Origin: an uncultured Bacteroidota bacterium | GTDB lineage: Bacteria; Bacteroidota; Bacteroidia; UBA4408 | Assembly: GCA_903831265.1 (NCBI GenBank) | Contig: CAIKXD010000276.1 | Coordinates: 21,998-85,997, forward strand | Length of the DNA stretch: 64,000 nt | Direction: 5' to 3' | Part shown: positions 1 to 10,331 of the stretch, piece by piece | Position numbering within the stretch: the first letter of the stretch is position 1 | Layout of the letters: every line of letters starts with the position of its first letter | Translations under genes and position numbers: made by a program | Notes under the pieces: model-generated | Told to the model about the DNA's origin: nothing | Databases searched by the model: none | Seen by the model: only the letters and a program-made list of their open reading frames with translations

Positions 1-1
1 T

Positions 2-166
2 ATTACCAGCTGGGGGCAGGTAAAATATGGTTATGCCGAAAATGTGGATGAAATGATTGAACGTTTGCGCTATGACATATTGTATATCGAAAATATGAGC
101 CTTGCAGTAGATTTTAAAATTTTGATTTATACGGTGCTAATTGTGGTGCAGGGCCGAGGAAAATAG
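2..166 (+). CDS. Bacterial sugar transferase (WcaJ/WbaP-like phosphoglycosyl transferase), C-terminal fragment truncated by the window edge
   Basis: Hand translation of frame 2: ITSWGQVKYGYAENVDEMIERLRYDILYIENMSLAVDFKILIYTVLIVVQGRGK*, the typical C-terminus (ITxWxQV...D..YI.N.S...D..I...T) of this family. Confidence 0.85.
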   Translation: MTSWGQVKYGYAENVDEMIERLRYDILYIENMSLAVDFKILIYTVLIVVQGRGK

Positions 167-673
167 CTAGCCTTTAAATTTCAGACTCCATTCAAATTCA
201 AAACTGGCAACAACAGTACCATCATCCATTTTCCCCTCGCTCATCAACATAAATTTAACTGGTTCATTATTGTCAATAGCATTTTGAATAGCATTTGTTA
301 TAATATTGTTGGGTGAACAAGTAAAAAAGATAGTTGCGTCAGCTTTTTTAATAAATGTTGCTCTCATATCTGTTACTAACATGGAGCATTTTTTGCCTGT
401 TTCTATGGTTTCGGCCATTAAAATTAAACCCGTGCTTAACTCTGCAGCCATGCACTGCGCTGCAAAGTAAACCGAGCGAAAAGGATTTTGTGTTCTGCGT
501 GTAAAGGGGAGTTTAACACTACAAATATTTCTATCAAACTGATTAACTTTTATTCCACTAAACCAAATCAATGGAATTTGAAAAAACATAAGTGATCTAA
601 ACTTAAAACCACTGTTAGCTGCATTTACAAACTGTAAAGCCTTTTCATGATTAAAAGTTTTATCTTGTTGCAT
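167..673 (-). CDS. Hotdog-fold thioesterase-like protein (DUF4442/YiiD C-terminal type)
   Basis: Motifs NPFRSVYFAAQCMAAELSTG and F.KKA...I.F; last gene of the SulP-can run. Confidence 0.7.
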   Translation of the reverse strand: MQQDKTFNHEKALQFVNAANSGFKFRSLMFFQIPLIWFSGIKVNQFDRNICSVKLPFTRRTQNPFRSVYFAAQCMAAELSTGLILMAETIETGKKCSMLVTDMRATFIKKADATIFFTCSPNNIITNAIQNAIDNNEPVKFMLMSEGKMDDGTVVASFEFEWSLKFKG

Positions 674-1320
674 TAATCTTCAAGTCCACCTTTAAAATCG
701 AAACGATAAATTGGGTCTAAATATGAATTTGAATCAACGGTGATCAGGTGATTCATGATTCCATTTTTTAAACTGTATACACTACCATGCAGTGAAGGAG
801 CATTTCCATTAGCCCATGCTTTTTGAACTATAGATGTTTTTGCTAAATTGTAAACACCCTCAATTATATTAAGTTCAACAAGTCTATCGACACGTTTTTC
901 TTGATCTAATATTGCATCAAGTTCTTTAGCATGCAAACGATAAACATCTTTTATATGTCTGAGCCACTTATTGAGCATTCCATAGTGATTATTGGTTAAA
1001 GAAGCCTTAACACCTCCACATCCATAATGCCCAGAAACAATTATATGTTTTACCTTAAGTACCTCAACAGCGTACTTTAGTACACTTAACATGTTTAAGT
1101 CAGTACTCACAACTAAATTTGCTACGTTTCTGTGCACAAATATTTCACCAGGTTGAGTATCGGTAATTTCATTGGCAGGCACACGACTATCAGAGCAACC
1201 TATCCATAAAAAATTAGGCATCTGAATATCAGCTAATCTATTGAAGTAATTAGGATCAAGGTCTAGTCTATCTTTTGCCCAGCCTTTATTTTGCAGTAAA
1301 AGTTTTTCGTATTCGTCCAT
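673..1320 (-). CDS. can: Beta-class carbonic anhydrase
   Basis: Zn-ligand motifs WIGCSDSRVP, GEIFVHRNVAN and GHYGCGG. Confidence 0.95.
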   Translation of the reverse strand: MDEYEKLLLQNKGWAKDRLDLDPNYFNRLADIQMPNFLWIGCSDSRVPANEITDTQPGEIFVHRNVANLVVSTDLNMLSVLKYAVEVLKVKHIIVSGHYGCGGVKASLTNNHYGMLNKWLRHIKDVYRLHAKELDAILDQEKRVDRLVELNIIEGVYNLAKTSIVQKAWANGNAPSLHGSVYSLKNGIMNHLITVDSNSYLDPIYRFDFKGGLED

Positions 1321-2876
1321 TAGTTTTTATTTTGCCTAAAGTAAGGATTTAAACTTGAGTTTGATTTTTTTAGCTCTATTTTAATATTTCTATGCGTGGC
1401 AAGTTCTTGCATATCATCTAAAAGTTCAATAATATCTTTGTCGATATAAGTAGCCGAAACACCATCAATAATCATGTAACTCTTTTCAGGAATATTTTCA
1501 AATTTATCGCGAAGAAAAGCCTTATTTAAGAAAGAAACATTTCCTTTTAGTTTAACTAAAAAATTATTTCCATCAATAGTAAAAGATATTGCTCTTTTAA
1601 AACTTGAACGAATAATAAAGAAGAATGAAACCACTAATCCAATTCCTACGCCTATGAGCAAATCGGAAAATACAATTGCAATAACTGTGATAATGAAAGG
1701 CAAAAACTGATCTACTCCACTTATAAATTGCTGTTTATACAAGGTTGGTTTAGTTAATTTAAATCCTACAAAAATTAGCAATACTGCAAGGGCCGACAAA
1801 GGGATTTTATTTAACAACTGAGGAAGCAAAAGCACAAAAATAAATAACATTAAACCATGTAAAATAGCCGATAACTTTGTTTTATTACCGGCCACTATGT
1901 TAGCGCTACTGCGCACAATAACTGCTGTAATAGGAAGACCTCCAATAAAACCTGATACTAAATTGCCAGTTCCTTGAGCAATTAACTCTCTACTTGTTGG
2001 GGTAATTCGTTTATCTGGATCTAATTTATCTGTTGCTTCAATACTTAATAAAGTCTCTAAACTAGCCACAAGTGCAATTTTTATTGCTACCATCCAAACT
2101 AGGGCATTTGTAATTTGCCCATAATCTGGGAAATTGAAATTAGAGGTATCTAAAATATTGGGAATTTGCACGAGATGCTCTGGTTCAAGTCTAAATGGCT
2201 CATAAAATTTTTCGAAAATAATATTTGCTACAGTACCGCACACAACCGCAATTAGCGAAATAGGCACCATTTTAAAAAAAGCAATTTTTTTAAGTTTTTT
2301 ATGCTCTCCAAAGTAAAGCACAAGGAAAGTAATTAAAGCAATAACTACTGCGCCAATGGTAAAATGGTTGCCCATTTCTAATAATTCACTAAAGGTGTTA
2401 TGGTTATCTATTTGCTGAAAACTCTCATCTCCTTCATAATCTTTATCATAACCAAAGGCATGAGGAAGTTGTTTGAAAATTAAAATAATTCCGATAGCCG
2501 CAAGCATACCTTTAATAACAGAAGATGGAATAAAATTACCGATGATTCCCGCGCCTATGAATCCTAATAATATTTGGATTGCACCAGCAATTACAAGTGC
2601 TAATAAAAATATTTGAAATCCATTTAGTTGTTCAATAGAGGTTAGCACTACCACAGTTAGTCCCGCTGCTGGTCCGCTAACACTGGTGTGACTACCGCTG
2701 ATTAAGCCAACAATAATACCGCCCAAAATTCCTGCAATTAATCCACTAATAATTGGGGCTCCAGAAGCCAAAGCAATGCCTAAACACAAAGGCAAGGCTA
2801 CAAAAAACACCACTAGCGAAGCAGTAAAATCTGATGAAAACGTATCTTTTTTAAACATAAATTGGTTAAATAACAA
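1320..2876 (-). CDS. SulP/SLC26 family anion (probably bicarbonate) permease
   Basis: VFFVALPLCLGIALASGAP, SVSGPAAGL, RELIAQG.GN, PITAVIVRSSAN; many TM segments; stop overlaps the can start. Confidence 0.92.
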   Translation of the reverse strand: MLFNQFMFKKDTFSSDFTASLVVFFVALPLCLGIALASGAPIISGLIAGILGGIIVGLISGSHTSVSGPAAGLTVVVLTSIEQLNGFQIFLLALVIAGAIQILLGFIGAGIIGNFIPSSVIKGMLAAIGIILIFKQLPHAFGYDKDYEGDESFQQIDNHNTFSELLEMGNHFTIGAVVIALITFLVLYFGEHKKLKKIAFFKMVPISLIAVVCGTVANIIFEKFYEPFRLEPEHLVQIPNILDTSNFNFPDYGQITNALVWMVAIKIALVASLETLLSIEATDKLDPDKRITPTSRELIAQGTGNLVSGFIGGLPITAVIVRSSANIVAGNKTKLSAILHGLMLFIFVLLLPQLLNKIPLSALAVLLIFVGFKLTKPTLYKQQFISGVDQFLPFIITVIAIVFSDLLIGVGIGLVVSFFFIIRSSFKRAISFTIDGNNFLVKLKGNVSFLNKAFLRDKFENIPEKSYMIIDGVSATYIDKDIIELLDDMQELATHRNIKIELKKSNSSLNPYFRQNKN

Positions 2877-2906
2877 AAGTAAACACTTAATTGTAAAAGT
2901 TAAATT

Positions 2907-3134
2907 CTATAATTGATGCTTTGAATGCTGGTTTAGCGTTTTCATAAAATGATACTTGAAACAAACAGAGCTAGATTTGGAGTAAAAGATTGATTCTTCA
3001 TTTAAAACAAATAATTTTAATTGATGAGGTGATTGATAAAATTGAAGATCAATTACCTCTACATGTTTTTCCTTTTCTTTTTTAGGAATTGAGTTTTGCA
3101 ATAAATTTTGTGTTAGGGTAACATTCAGTTTCAT
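2907..3134 (-). CDS. Small hypothetical protein upstream of SulP
   Basis: 75-aa ORF co-oriented 30 bp upstream of SulP; no recognised motif. Confidence 0.3.
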   Translation of the reverse strand: MKLNVTLTQNLLQNSIPKKEKEKHVEVIDLQFYQSPHQLKLFVLNEESIFYSKSSSVCFKYHFMKTLNQHSKHQL

Positions 3135-3421
3135 AATTTCAATAATTGCGCTCTAAAAAAAGCCAACATAAAAAAGCAGTCATAAATGTTGATTTTCTGA
3201 TGATATCTATTTTCAAAACTTTTTATCAATGTTGCATTTTTTTGACAAAGTAATTATTTTTTTCTAATAAATAATAATTGGTTTAACAAGTTTGCAGAAA
3301 AAAACGGATTGATTATTGTCACATAAACTGAATTAATAAAACACCCCGAAAAAAAATTGAAAAGCTACATCGACATTAACATCTTCTAAAACAATTGAAA
3401 TAATAAAAATAATTAGAATTG

Positions 3422-3451
3422 TTGTAAAATGAATCTCAATTTCTAAGTTTG
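3422..3451 (+). promoter_or_regulatory. Bacteroidota housekeeping sigma promoter for the GH20 gene
   Basis: TTG (3422-3424), 19-nt spacer, TAAGTTTG (3444-3451), matching the TTTG-N19-21-TAnnTTTG consensus. Confidence 0.55.
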
Positions 3452-3494
3452 TAAATCATCTTTTGCCTAATCAAATCTTGCATTTTAATTTTTC

Positions 3495-5777
3495 ATGAAA
3501 ACAATACAATTTACTATCCTCTTTTGCATATTTATGTTTATTCATAAAGTTAATTGCAAAGCACAAGTAAACATTATCCCCTACCCTGCTAGTGTTGATA
3601 TAATGCATGGCGCATTTAAACTAGATAAAAGCACAAGCATTGTGTTGATTGATGATATTTTAAATATTAATCAACTTGAAGTTGAACAATTTAATTTGTG
3701 GATATTACAACATTATGGATTCAAACTAAATCAAACAAATAACTTAAAAGATAATCAAAACATTATTCAAATTCGTTCAGAAAAAACAGAAACCGAAAAA
3801 TATGAACTCAACATACAAGGCAATAAAATTGCTATAAAAGCAAGTGGTGAAGGGCTTAAAAATGCTTTTGAAAGTTTAAAGCAATTGATGCATGCTAATA
3901 AAAAAGAGAATGTATTTTCAATTCCTGCCTGCTTTATTATTGATAGTGCAGGTTTTCAATGGCGTGGCATGCATTTAGATGTGAGCCGTCATTTCTATGA
4001 TAAAGCATTTGTAAAAAAATATATTGATTATATAAGTATGTATAAAATGAATGTATTCCATTGGCATTTAACCGATGATCAAGGTTGGCGTATTGAAATT
4101 AAAAAGCATCCAAAACTCACTGAAATTGGCGCTTGGCGTAAGGGAAGTATGATTGGACATTATAACCAACATCAGTTCGACACCCTGCGTTATGGTGGTT
4201 TTTATACGCAAGATGATATCAAAGAAATTGTTGCTTACGCGAAACTAAAACATGTAACAATAGTGCCTGAAATTGAAATGCCTGGTCATGCTATGGCAGC
4301 ATTGTCTGCTTATCCACAACTTGCTTGCACATCAGGTCCTTTTGAAGTAGAAAAGCAATGGGGCGTTTTTGATGATGTATTTTGTCCGAAACCCGAAACT
4401 TTTCAATTTTTAGAAGATGTTTTAACTGAGGTGATGGCACTTTTTCCTGGCGAATATATTCATGTAGGTGGCGATGAATGCCCAAAGGAGCGTTGGAAAA
4501 ATTGCAGCAATTGCCAAAATCTTATAAAAAAAGAAGCACTAAAAGATGAGCATGAATTGCAATCCTATTTTATTCAACGCATTGAAAAGTTTTTAAATAA
4601 AAACAATAAAAAATTAATTGGGTGGGATGAAATATTAGAAGGTGGATTAGCACAAAATGCTGCAGTAATGAGTTGGCGGGGAACCGAAGGTGGCATTGCA
4701 GCTGCAAAACAAAATCATTTTGTGGTGATGACACCAGGCACTCATTGCTATTTCGATCATTATCAGGGGCATCCAACTATGGAACCTTTAGCTATTGGTG
4801 GTTTTACTCCCTTAGAAAAAGTATACAATTTTAATCCTATTCCTAGCGAATTAAATGCATTAGAAAGTAAATATATTTTAGGCGCCCAAGCCAATGTTTG
4901 GACAGAATATATTAATACATCTAAAGAAGTTGAGTATTTTGCAATTCCAAGAATGGCCGCCTTAGCAGAAGTTTTATGGACACCTATTGAAAATAAAAAT
5001 CTAACCCGTTTTTTAAATAACATTCAGTCGCATTTTAGTTACCTTGATTTGTATCAAACAAATTATGCACCATCCATTTACAATATAAATTATGAAATAA
5101 AAAAGGATAGTTTATCCAATCAATTTAATTTAAAACTTAGCAATGTGCTTTTTGATAACAATGCTCAAATGCCAGGTGATTCAATTGTTTTATTAAAGGA
5201 CAATAATAAGATTGAATTCTACAAATCTCCAATTGTATTGAATAAGTCATTTCAATTAAACGCACAATATCAAAGAAACAATAAATTGCTTGGCAAAGCC
5301 TGCCCTATTGTATTCAGTTTTAATAAAGCCACTGGTAAAAACATTAGCTTTAAAGAAGCACCAAGTAAGTTTTACAACAAAGGCAATTTAACCGATGGGC
5401 AAAAAGCTCATTTTCCGCGCATCAATAATGAATGGTTGGCTTGGAGTGGGCAAAATATGGAAGCTTCATTAAATTTGAATGATGCATCTTTTATTGAAAG
5501 TATTGATCTTGGTTTTCTAAAGAACGAGCAAGATTGGATTTACCTTCCGAGCCAAGTTGAAATTTTTATTTCGCTTGACAATATTCATTTTGTTAAAGTA
5601 GATACACAACCCAGCATAAGTGAAATTAATGGGAAATATAATTATCATTATGCGGTAAATAAATTAAAAGCACAATACATCAATATCACTGCTACTTGTG
5701 CTCCTAATATTGCGACTGGCAAGCCGGGGGAAGGCGAAAGTGCATGGCTTTTTGTGGATGAAATTGAAATTAAATAA
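3495..5777 (+). CDS. Beta-N-acetylhexosaminidase (GH20) with C-terminal discoidin/F5-8-like domain
   Basis: WRGMHLDVSRHF, FHWHLTDDQGWRIE, PEIEMPGH, catalytic HVGGDE, GAQANVWTEY; N-terminal signal peptide. Confidence 0.95.
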   Translation: MKTIQFTILFCIFMFIHKVNCKAQVNIIPYPASVDIMHGAFKLDKSTSIVLIDDILNINQLEVEQFNLWILQHYGFKLNQTNNLKDNQNIIQIRSEKTETEKYELNIQGNKIAIKASGEGLKNAFESLKQLMHANKKENVFSIPACFIIDSAGFQWRGMHLDVSRHFYDKAFVKKYIDYISMYKMNVFHWHLTDDQGWRIEIKKHPKLTEIGAWRKGSMIGHYNQHQFDTLRYGGFYTQDDIKEIVAYAKLKHVTIVPEIEMPGHAMAALSAYPQLACTSGPFEVEKQWGVFDDVFCPKPETFQFLEDVLTEVMALFPGEYIHVGGDECPKERWKNCSNCQNLIKKEALKDEHELQSYFIQRIEKFLNKNNKKLIGWDEILEGGLAQNAAVMSWRGTEGGIAAAKQNHFVVMTPGTHCYFDHYQGHPTMEPLAIGGFTPLEKVYNFNPIPSELNALESKYILGAQANVWTEYINTSKEVEYFAIPRMAALAEVLWTPIENKNLTRFLNNIQSHFSYLDLYQTNYAPSIYNINYEIKKDSLSNQFNLKLSNVLFDNNAQMPGDSIVLLKDNNKIEFYKSPIVLNKSFQLNAQYQRNNKLLGKACPIVFSFNKATGKNISFKEAPSKFYNKGNLTDGQKAHFPRINNEWLAWSGQNMEASLNLNDASFIESIDLGFLKNEQDWIYLPSQVEIFISLDNIHFVKVDTQPSISEINGKYNYHYAVNKLKAQYINITATCAPNIATGKPGEGESAWLFVDEIEIK

Positions 5778-5778
5778 C

Positions 5779-5810
5779 AATTGGAAATTCTAAATTGGAA
5801 ATTCTAAATT
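5779..5810. repeat. 14-bp tandem duplication (AATTGGAAATTCTA x2.3)
   Basis: aattggaaattcta aattggaaattcta aatt directly after the GH20 stop. Confidence 0.8.
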
Positions 5811-6357
5811 TTTAATTTTACTCCTATGGATAAGTAAGAGGGCACCATTATAACTTGGGAAAAGCTTGCGCTGAAACACCATGACGTTTTTATGGATTTA
5901 ACCCTGTAGGATATAAGTTTATTGCTTGTGGCTAATTGCTACAAAAAAACATACAACAATAATAGCGCTTGGTTGTGGTCCTAAAAATATCACAAAGCAA
6001 CTATTAAAGAATAAAAATTCAGATTCCCAATGTTGCTGTAGGTCTGATGCTTGGGTATTATGCCAATTGCATTTATTTTTTAGGCCAACTGAAAAATAAA
6101 TATGCAATGGTTAATGCTGATACTAACTGAAATTACACCAATGTGATTTATAAATTATACCAAAAGTTTAAAATCTTATATTGGCAAATGCCGATCGGAA
6201 AAAAGTTTGGGACAAATGCCGTGAAACAAATTTAGGCCATTACTTATTTCACATCGGTATTAGTAAAATAAGGCCATGCTGCAGTTGGACTAAATTGAAA
6301 GTGTAATCGGTATTATTTGTAAATTTCAATCTTAATGATAGGCTAAGCTCATCAACA

Positions 6358-6393
6358 AAAAATCCCACATAACAATTGATATGTGGGATTTTT
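6358..6393 (-). terminator. Rho-independent terminator, potentially bidirectional
   Basis: AAAAATCCCACATA-acaattga-TATGTGGGATTTTT, 16 bp past the stop of 6410..10204. Confidence 0.85.
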
Positions 6394-6409
6394 ACTATAG
6401 TTTATAAAT

Positions 6410-9400
6410 TTACTTTTGAATGCTAATTACATTTTTAAGTATGGCTCCATTTGGTTGAATTAATTCTATAAAATACAATCCGTTTTCCAAAGTATTTGTA
6501 TTGATACTTGTTTTATTTTGACCAACACCTATTTGCTCTTTTGTGCTTAACACTTTTCTTCCAGTATTATCATACATCATTAAATTAGCAGTGCCAGCAA
6601 CACTGCTATTGAACATAACATTAAAACTTTCTTTGGCAGGATTTGGGTAAATAACCACAGATGCACTCGATTGACTTGCAATTCCTGTAACATCTATTAA
6701 AGTTACAACTGCATCGTTAGTTAAAATAGGATCATTAAAATCAAAATAGATATTCGCAAAATCTATAATTTGAGTTCCCATGGCTAATCCATTGGTTGCA
6801 TTTATTTTAAAGTTAATAAAACCATGAGAGTTAGGTTCGTCATTAACAGAATCTGGCAGCATGATGTTCATAAAACGATAAGTAACCGTATTTCCAATTC
6901 TATTTACATCGCATGAATGACTTGAGTTTATCAATTGATAACTATTTACATCAAGTTCAGGCGCTAACTCATCTATCACAACTACATTATAAGCAGGTGC
7001 ATTCCCTGTATTTTGAAAATTGATAGTGTAAGTAATTTCCTGATCAGCATTTACTGATGAAATATATTGAGTAGCGGCATCTAAAGGATTATTGGTTCTA
7101 ACTACTAACTTGTTATTAGGATCCCAAGAACCAACAATGGTTTGATGCACTGTATCTGTATTGTTTGATTGATAATTATCGATACCACTTGTTGGAGTAA
7201 CCATTACAAATTCGAGCGTTCCGGCACCAAGTTGAATGCCAACCAATGCATTAAAGCTTGTCCAGATATTGGTACATGAGTTTGGATTGATATTAGCAAT
7301 AGTCCATGTAATTGTTTGAGTTGTGGTGTTAACTGTTCCAGCAGGTGTTTGATAATTTGGCACAATCGCTGGATCGTAAATCATGGTTACTGTGGCTCCA
7401 GTTGCACTTGAACCATAATTACACACATTGATATCATACCATGCCGGGAATCCTGGCGTAACTGTTGTGTGCGGTGTAATCACTACGCTTAAGTCATTCA
7501 TTCCTGGAGGCATATAAATACCAAAGTTGTTATTGCCATAATTGTAGCCTGGGGCAGCAACATTTATTTGATATGAAGTTGGCGTTGTAATGGTGCCGCT
7601 TGCATAATTCCCTGTAGGCGTATAACTTACGGTGTAATTACCTGGCGTTAACCAAATACTATAGTTTCCATACCAATCGGTATACATATAATTATTGCCA
7701 ATTTGAACCAATTGGTATGATAGACCAGATTCACTTCCGTCCATCACACCATTATTATTAGCATCTAAAAATACTGTTCCCGTAATTTCAGATGTATTGT
7801 TGTACACTCCAAAGTTATTACCACAAATTGTATCATTGGTTCCAACAGTAACTTCATAAAAGGCACAAGCACCAGTATCTATTGGAACTGTGAAATTGAG
7901 ACCACCGCTATTCACAAAATGATATGTACACAATTCAATTTGATAAATTCCGGCAGGTAAATTATTGAAATTGTAATTTCCTGAAGCATCGGTATAGGCA
8001 ATTTGACTTACACCATTACCCCACAAATACAAATATGTACTATCTACTCCTGAATCTCCAGCATCTATCACACTGTTATTATTGTTATCATTAAATACAT
8101 TTCCACAGATTTGTGAAACACCTGGAATACTTACATAAACAGTCATGTAAACTGGGCTGCAACCCGGAATGCTCATGCTTACCATATAATAGCCACCAAC
8201 AGTGTATGGATGCATCAATTGAGTTGCACTTGATGTTAGTGGAGCTGAACCATCCCCAAAGTCCCATGTAGCATTTTGCCCATTTGTTCCATAGGTAATA
8301 AATACAACCTGCCCAGGACCTTGATAGGTGTATGTAAATCCATAATTGCAATTTAATCCATACCAATAACTACAATTTGAAGTGCTACATCCTAAAGCAT
8401 CCGTTATAGTTACGCAGTAGTTTCCTTGAGCTGTTGGTGTAATCACAGCCTGGTTTGAACCATTGCTCCAAAGATAGGTATAAGGCGCTGCTCCGTTAGT
8501 TACATTAGCAGTCATTGTTCCTGCCAAAGAATCATTTACAACATTTACATATAAATTACAATTAGGATTGATCACAATGCAATCGTTAGCTGTACATCCA
8601 ATGGAGTCGGTAACGGTAACACAATAGGTTGTATTTGTTGTAACCATAATTCCTTGGGTAGTTTCACCAGTTGACCATTGATATGAGTAAGGACCATTGC
8701 CACTGTTTACAATTGCGCCTAAATACGTATTGTTTTGATAAGATAAAACTTGTACAGAAAAATTAGCACATGGATTTGAGGTGTTTACAACTACTGTAGC
8801 ACAAAATGGTGCACAATTAGCAACAGTCATACAAACATTATAAGTACCACTGTTTAAAAAAGTATGTGTAGCTTGTGGTGCTGCACTCGTTATTATTGGA
8901 GAGCCGTCTCCAAAATCCCAACTGATAGGTTGATTATTTGCGCCAGCAGAATAAAAAGTAACTACACCTTGATTTGGTGTGTTGTAAGTAAAGCCATAGT
9001 TGCAATTAGGATTTCCATTTGACCACGCGCAAGCTGTGGCACTACAACCCATAGCATCAGTAACTATAACACAATAATTTCCTGCTTGGGTAGGATAAAT
9101 GATAGATTGTGTTGAATTATTACTCCATAGATAAGTATATGGTCCAGCACCATTGGTAACTATTGGCGTAATTCCCCCAAGGTTGGTAAGTGTATCTAAG
9201 GCTACTGCCATAGTACAATTAGGATTCACAGTGATACAATCAGTTGCAGTGCAACCTAAAGCATCGGTAATTGTAACACAAAAAGTGCTTACACCATTGG
9301 TTTGTATCCACTGACTTGTATCGCCCGAAGTCCACTGATAAGTAACAGGCAAATTGGCATTAAACACTTCGGCTACTAAAGAGGTATTGTTTTGTACTGA

Positions 9401-10204
9401 TACAATATCAAGTGTTACACCTGAACAAGGCAGCGGCAAATTAACGGTTACATATGCACAATAAGGTATACATCCAGGCATTGAAATACAAACCTGATAG
9501 GTTCCACTTTGAGTGTAGGTATGAGAAAAATAGGTTGCCGCTGTTGTTATTTGCACTGAGCCATCACCAAAATTCCAGGTAACAGGCTGATTGTTGGTAC
9601 CTGCCGTAAAGAAATTTACTGCTCCTTGTGCACCATAATTAAAAGTGTATCCATAATTACAATTGTTTCCATACCAAAAGTAGCAAGCTGTGGAAGTACA
9701 GCCTATGGCATCGGTTACCGTAACACAATAGTTACCTACCGAGTCAGGGCTTAATACTTGCTGGTTAAAACCATTGCTCCATTGATAAGTATATGGCAAT
9801 GCGCCAAGGGTTGCAATGGCTGTCATGGTACCTGCAATTGAATCAGAGGCAATAGCAGCAACTAAATTACAATTACCTCCAGGCACTGAAATTTGTTGGC
9901 AAATGGTATCGCCACAATTATTATTAGCGGTGTAGATAATTAAACAGACATCGTAAACACCAGCATTTGGAAAGGTTTGAATTGGATTTGGAACAGTTGA
10001 AAACTGATTGTTATTGATACTCCAAAAATAACTAGCAATGGTGTCTTGCGATGTTGATGCATTGTAAAAATACACCAAGCCATTGGGCCCTAGGTTATAC
10101 GTGTAATTTGCTTGGCATTGCGCTTGAACTTGAGTTTTTACAAGCCCTAATAGGCCAATAAAAAACAGCAATAGAAATTTGCTAGAATAATAATTTTTTT
10201 TCAT
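6410..10204 (-). CDS. Large secreted T9SS substrate with PKD and SprB-like repeats, SdrD-B-like domains, DUF11/DUF7619-type domain and type A CTD
   Basis: Repeated W.FGDG (PKD) and Y.Y.WSNG...YCVT.TD..GC modules; GNVFNDNNNN and GTVFLDANNNG; SWDPNNK...YTINFQNTG..PA...F.NIMLPDS..DEPNSHGF..ANIYFDFN.PI.TN; C-terminal IYPNPA...GLYFI. Confidence 0.88.
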   Translation of the reverse strand: MKKNYYSSKFLLLFFIGLLGLVKTQVQAQCQANYTYNLGPNGLVYFYNASTSQDTIASYFWSINNNQFSTVPNPIQTFPNAGVYDVCLIIYTANNNCGDTICQQISVPGGNCNLVAAIASDSIAGTMTAIATLGALPYTYQWSNGFNQQVLSPDSVGNYCVTVTDAIGCTSTACYFWYGNNCNYGYTFNYGAQGAVNFFTAGTNNQPVTWNFGDGSVQITTAATYFSHTYTQSGTYQVCISMPGCIPYCAYVTVNLPLPCSGVTLDIVSVQNNTSLVAEVFNANLPVTYQWTSGDTSQWIQTNGVSTFCVTITDALGCTATDCITVNPNCTMAVALDTLTNLGGITPIVTNGAGPYTYLWSNNSTQSIIYPTQAGNYCVIVTDAMGCSATACAWSNGNPNCNYGFTYNTPNQGVVTFYSAGANNQPISWDFGDGSPIITSAAPQATHTFLNSGTYNVCMTVANCAPFCATVVVNTSNPCANFSVQVLSYQNNTYLGAIVNSGNGPYSYQWSTGETTQGIMVTTNTTYCVTVTDSIGCTANDCIVINPNCNLYVNVVNDSLAGTMTANVTNGAAPYTYLWSNGSNQAVITPTAQGNYCVTITDALGCSTSNCSYWYGLNCNYGFTYTYQGPGQVVFITYGTNGQNATWDFGDGSAPLTSSATQLMHPYTVGGYYMVSMSIPGCSPVYMTVYVSIPGVSQICGNVFNDNNNNSVIDAGDSGVDSTYLYLWGNGVSQIAYTDASGNYNFNNLPAGIYQIELCTYHFVNSGGLNFTVPIDTGACAFYEVTVGTNDTICGNNFGVYNNTSEITGTVFLDANNNGVMDGSESGLSYQLVQIGNNYMYTDWYGNYSIWLTPGNYTVSYTPTGNYASGTITTPTSYQINVAAPGYNYGNNNFGIYMPPGMNDLSVVITPHTTVTPGFPAWYDINVCNYGSSATGATVTMIYDPAIVPNYQTPAGTVNTTTQTITWTIANINPNSCTNIWTSFNALVGIQLGAGTLEFVMVTPTSGIDNYQSNNTDTVHQTIVGSWDPNNKLVVRTNNPLDAATQYISSVNADQEITYTINFQNTGNAPAYNVVVIDELAPELDVNSYQLINSSHSCDVNRIGNTVTYRFMNIMLPDSVNDEPNSHGFINFKINATNGLAMGTQIIDFANIYFDFNDPILTNDAVVTLIDVTGIASQSSASVVIYPNPAKESFNVMFNSSVAGTANLMMYDNTGRKVLSTKEQIGVGQNKTSINTNTLENGLYFIELIQPNGAILKNVISIQK

Positions 10205-10331
10205 GGTACATTGTTTTAATTACTATCAATACGATTAATACTAATACAATGTTAGTAAAAATTACGCTATTTTTAGATTATTAATTTCAACAATTGTTCA
10301 GGCTGGAGTATTAACTTTCTACAAGGTAAAC

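Noticed and set aside
673-2876. SulP-carbonic anhydrase coupling as a novel system
   Set aside because: Well-known, widespread bicarbonate uptake/hydration pairing
3135-3210. Phase-variable frameshift extending the small ORF upstream of SulP through an A7/T7 tract
   Set aside because: An in-frame TAG sits immediately after the tract, so changing the tract length would not restore a longer ORF
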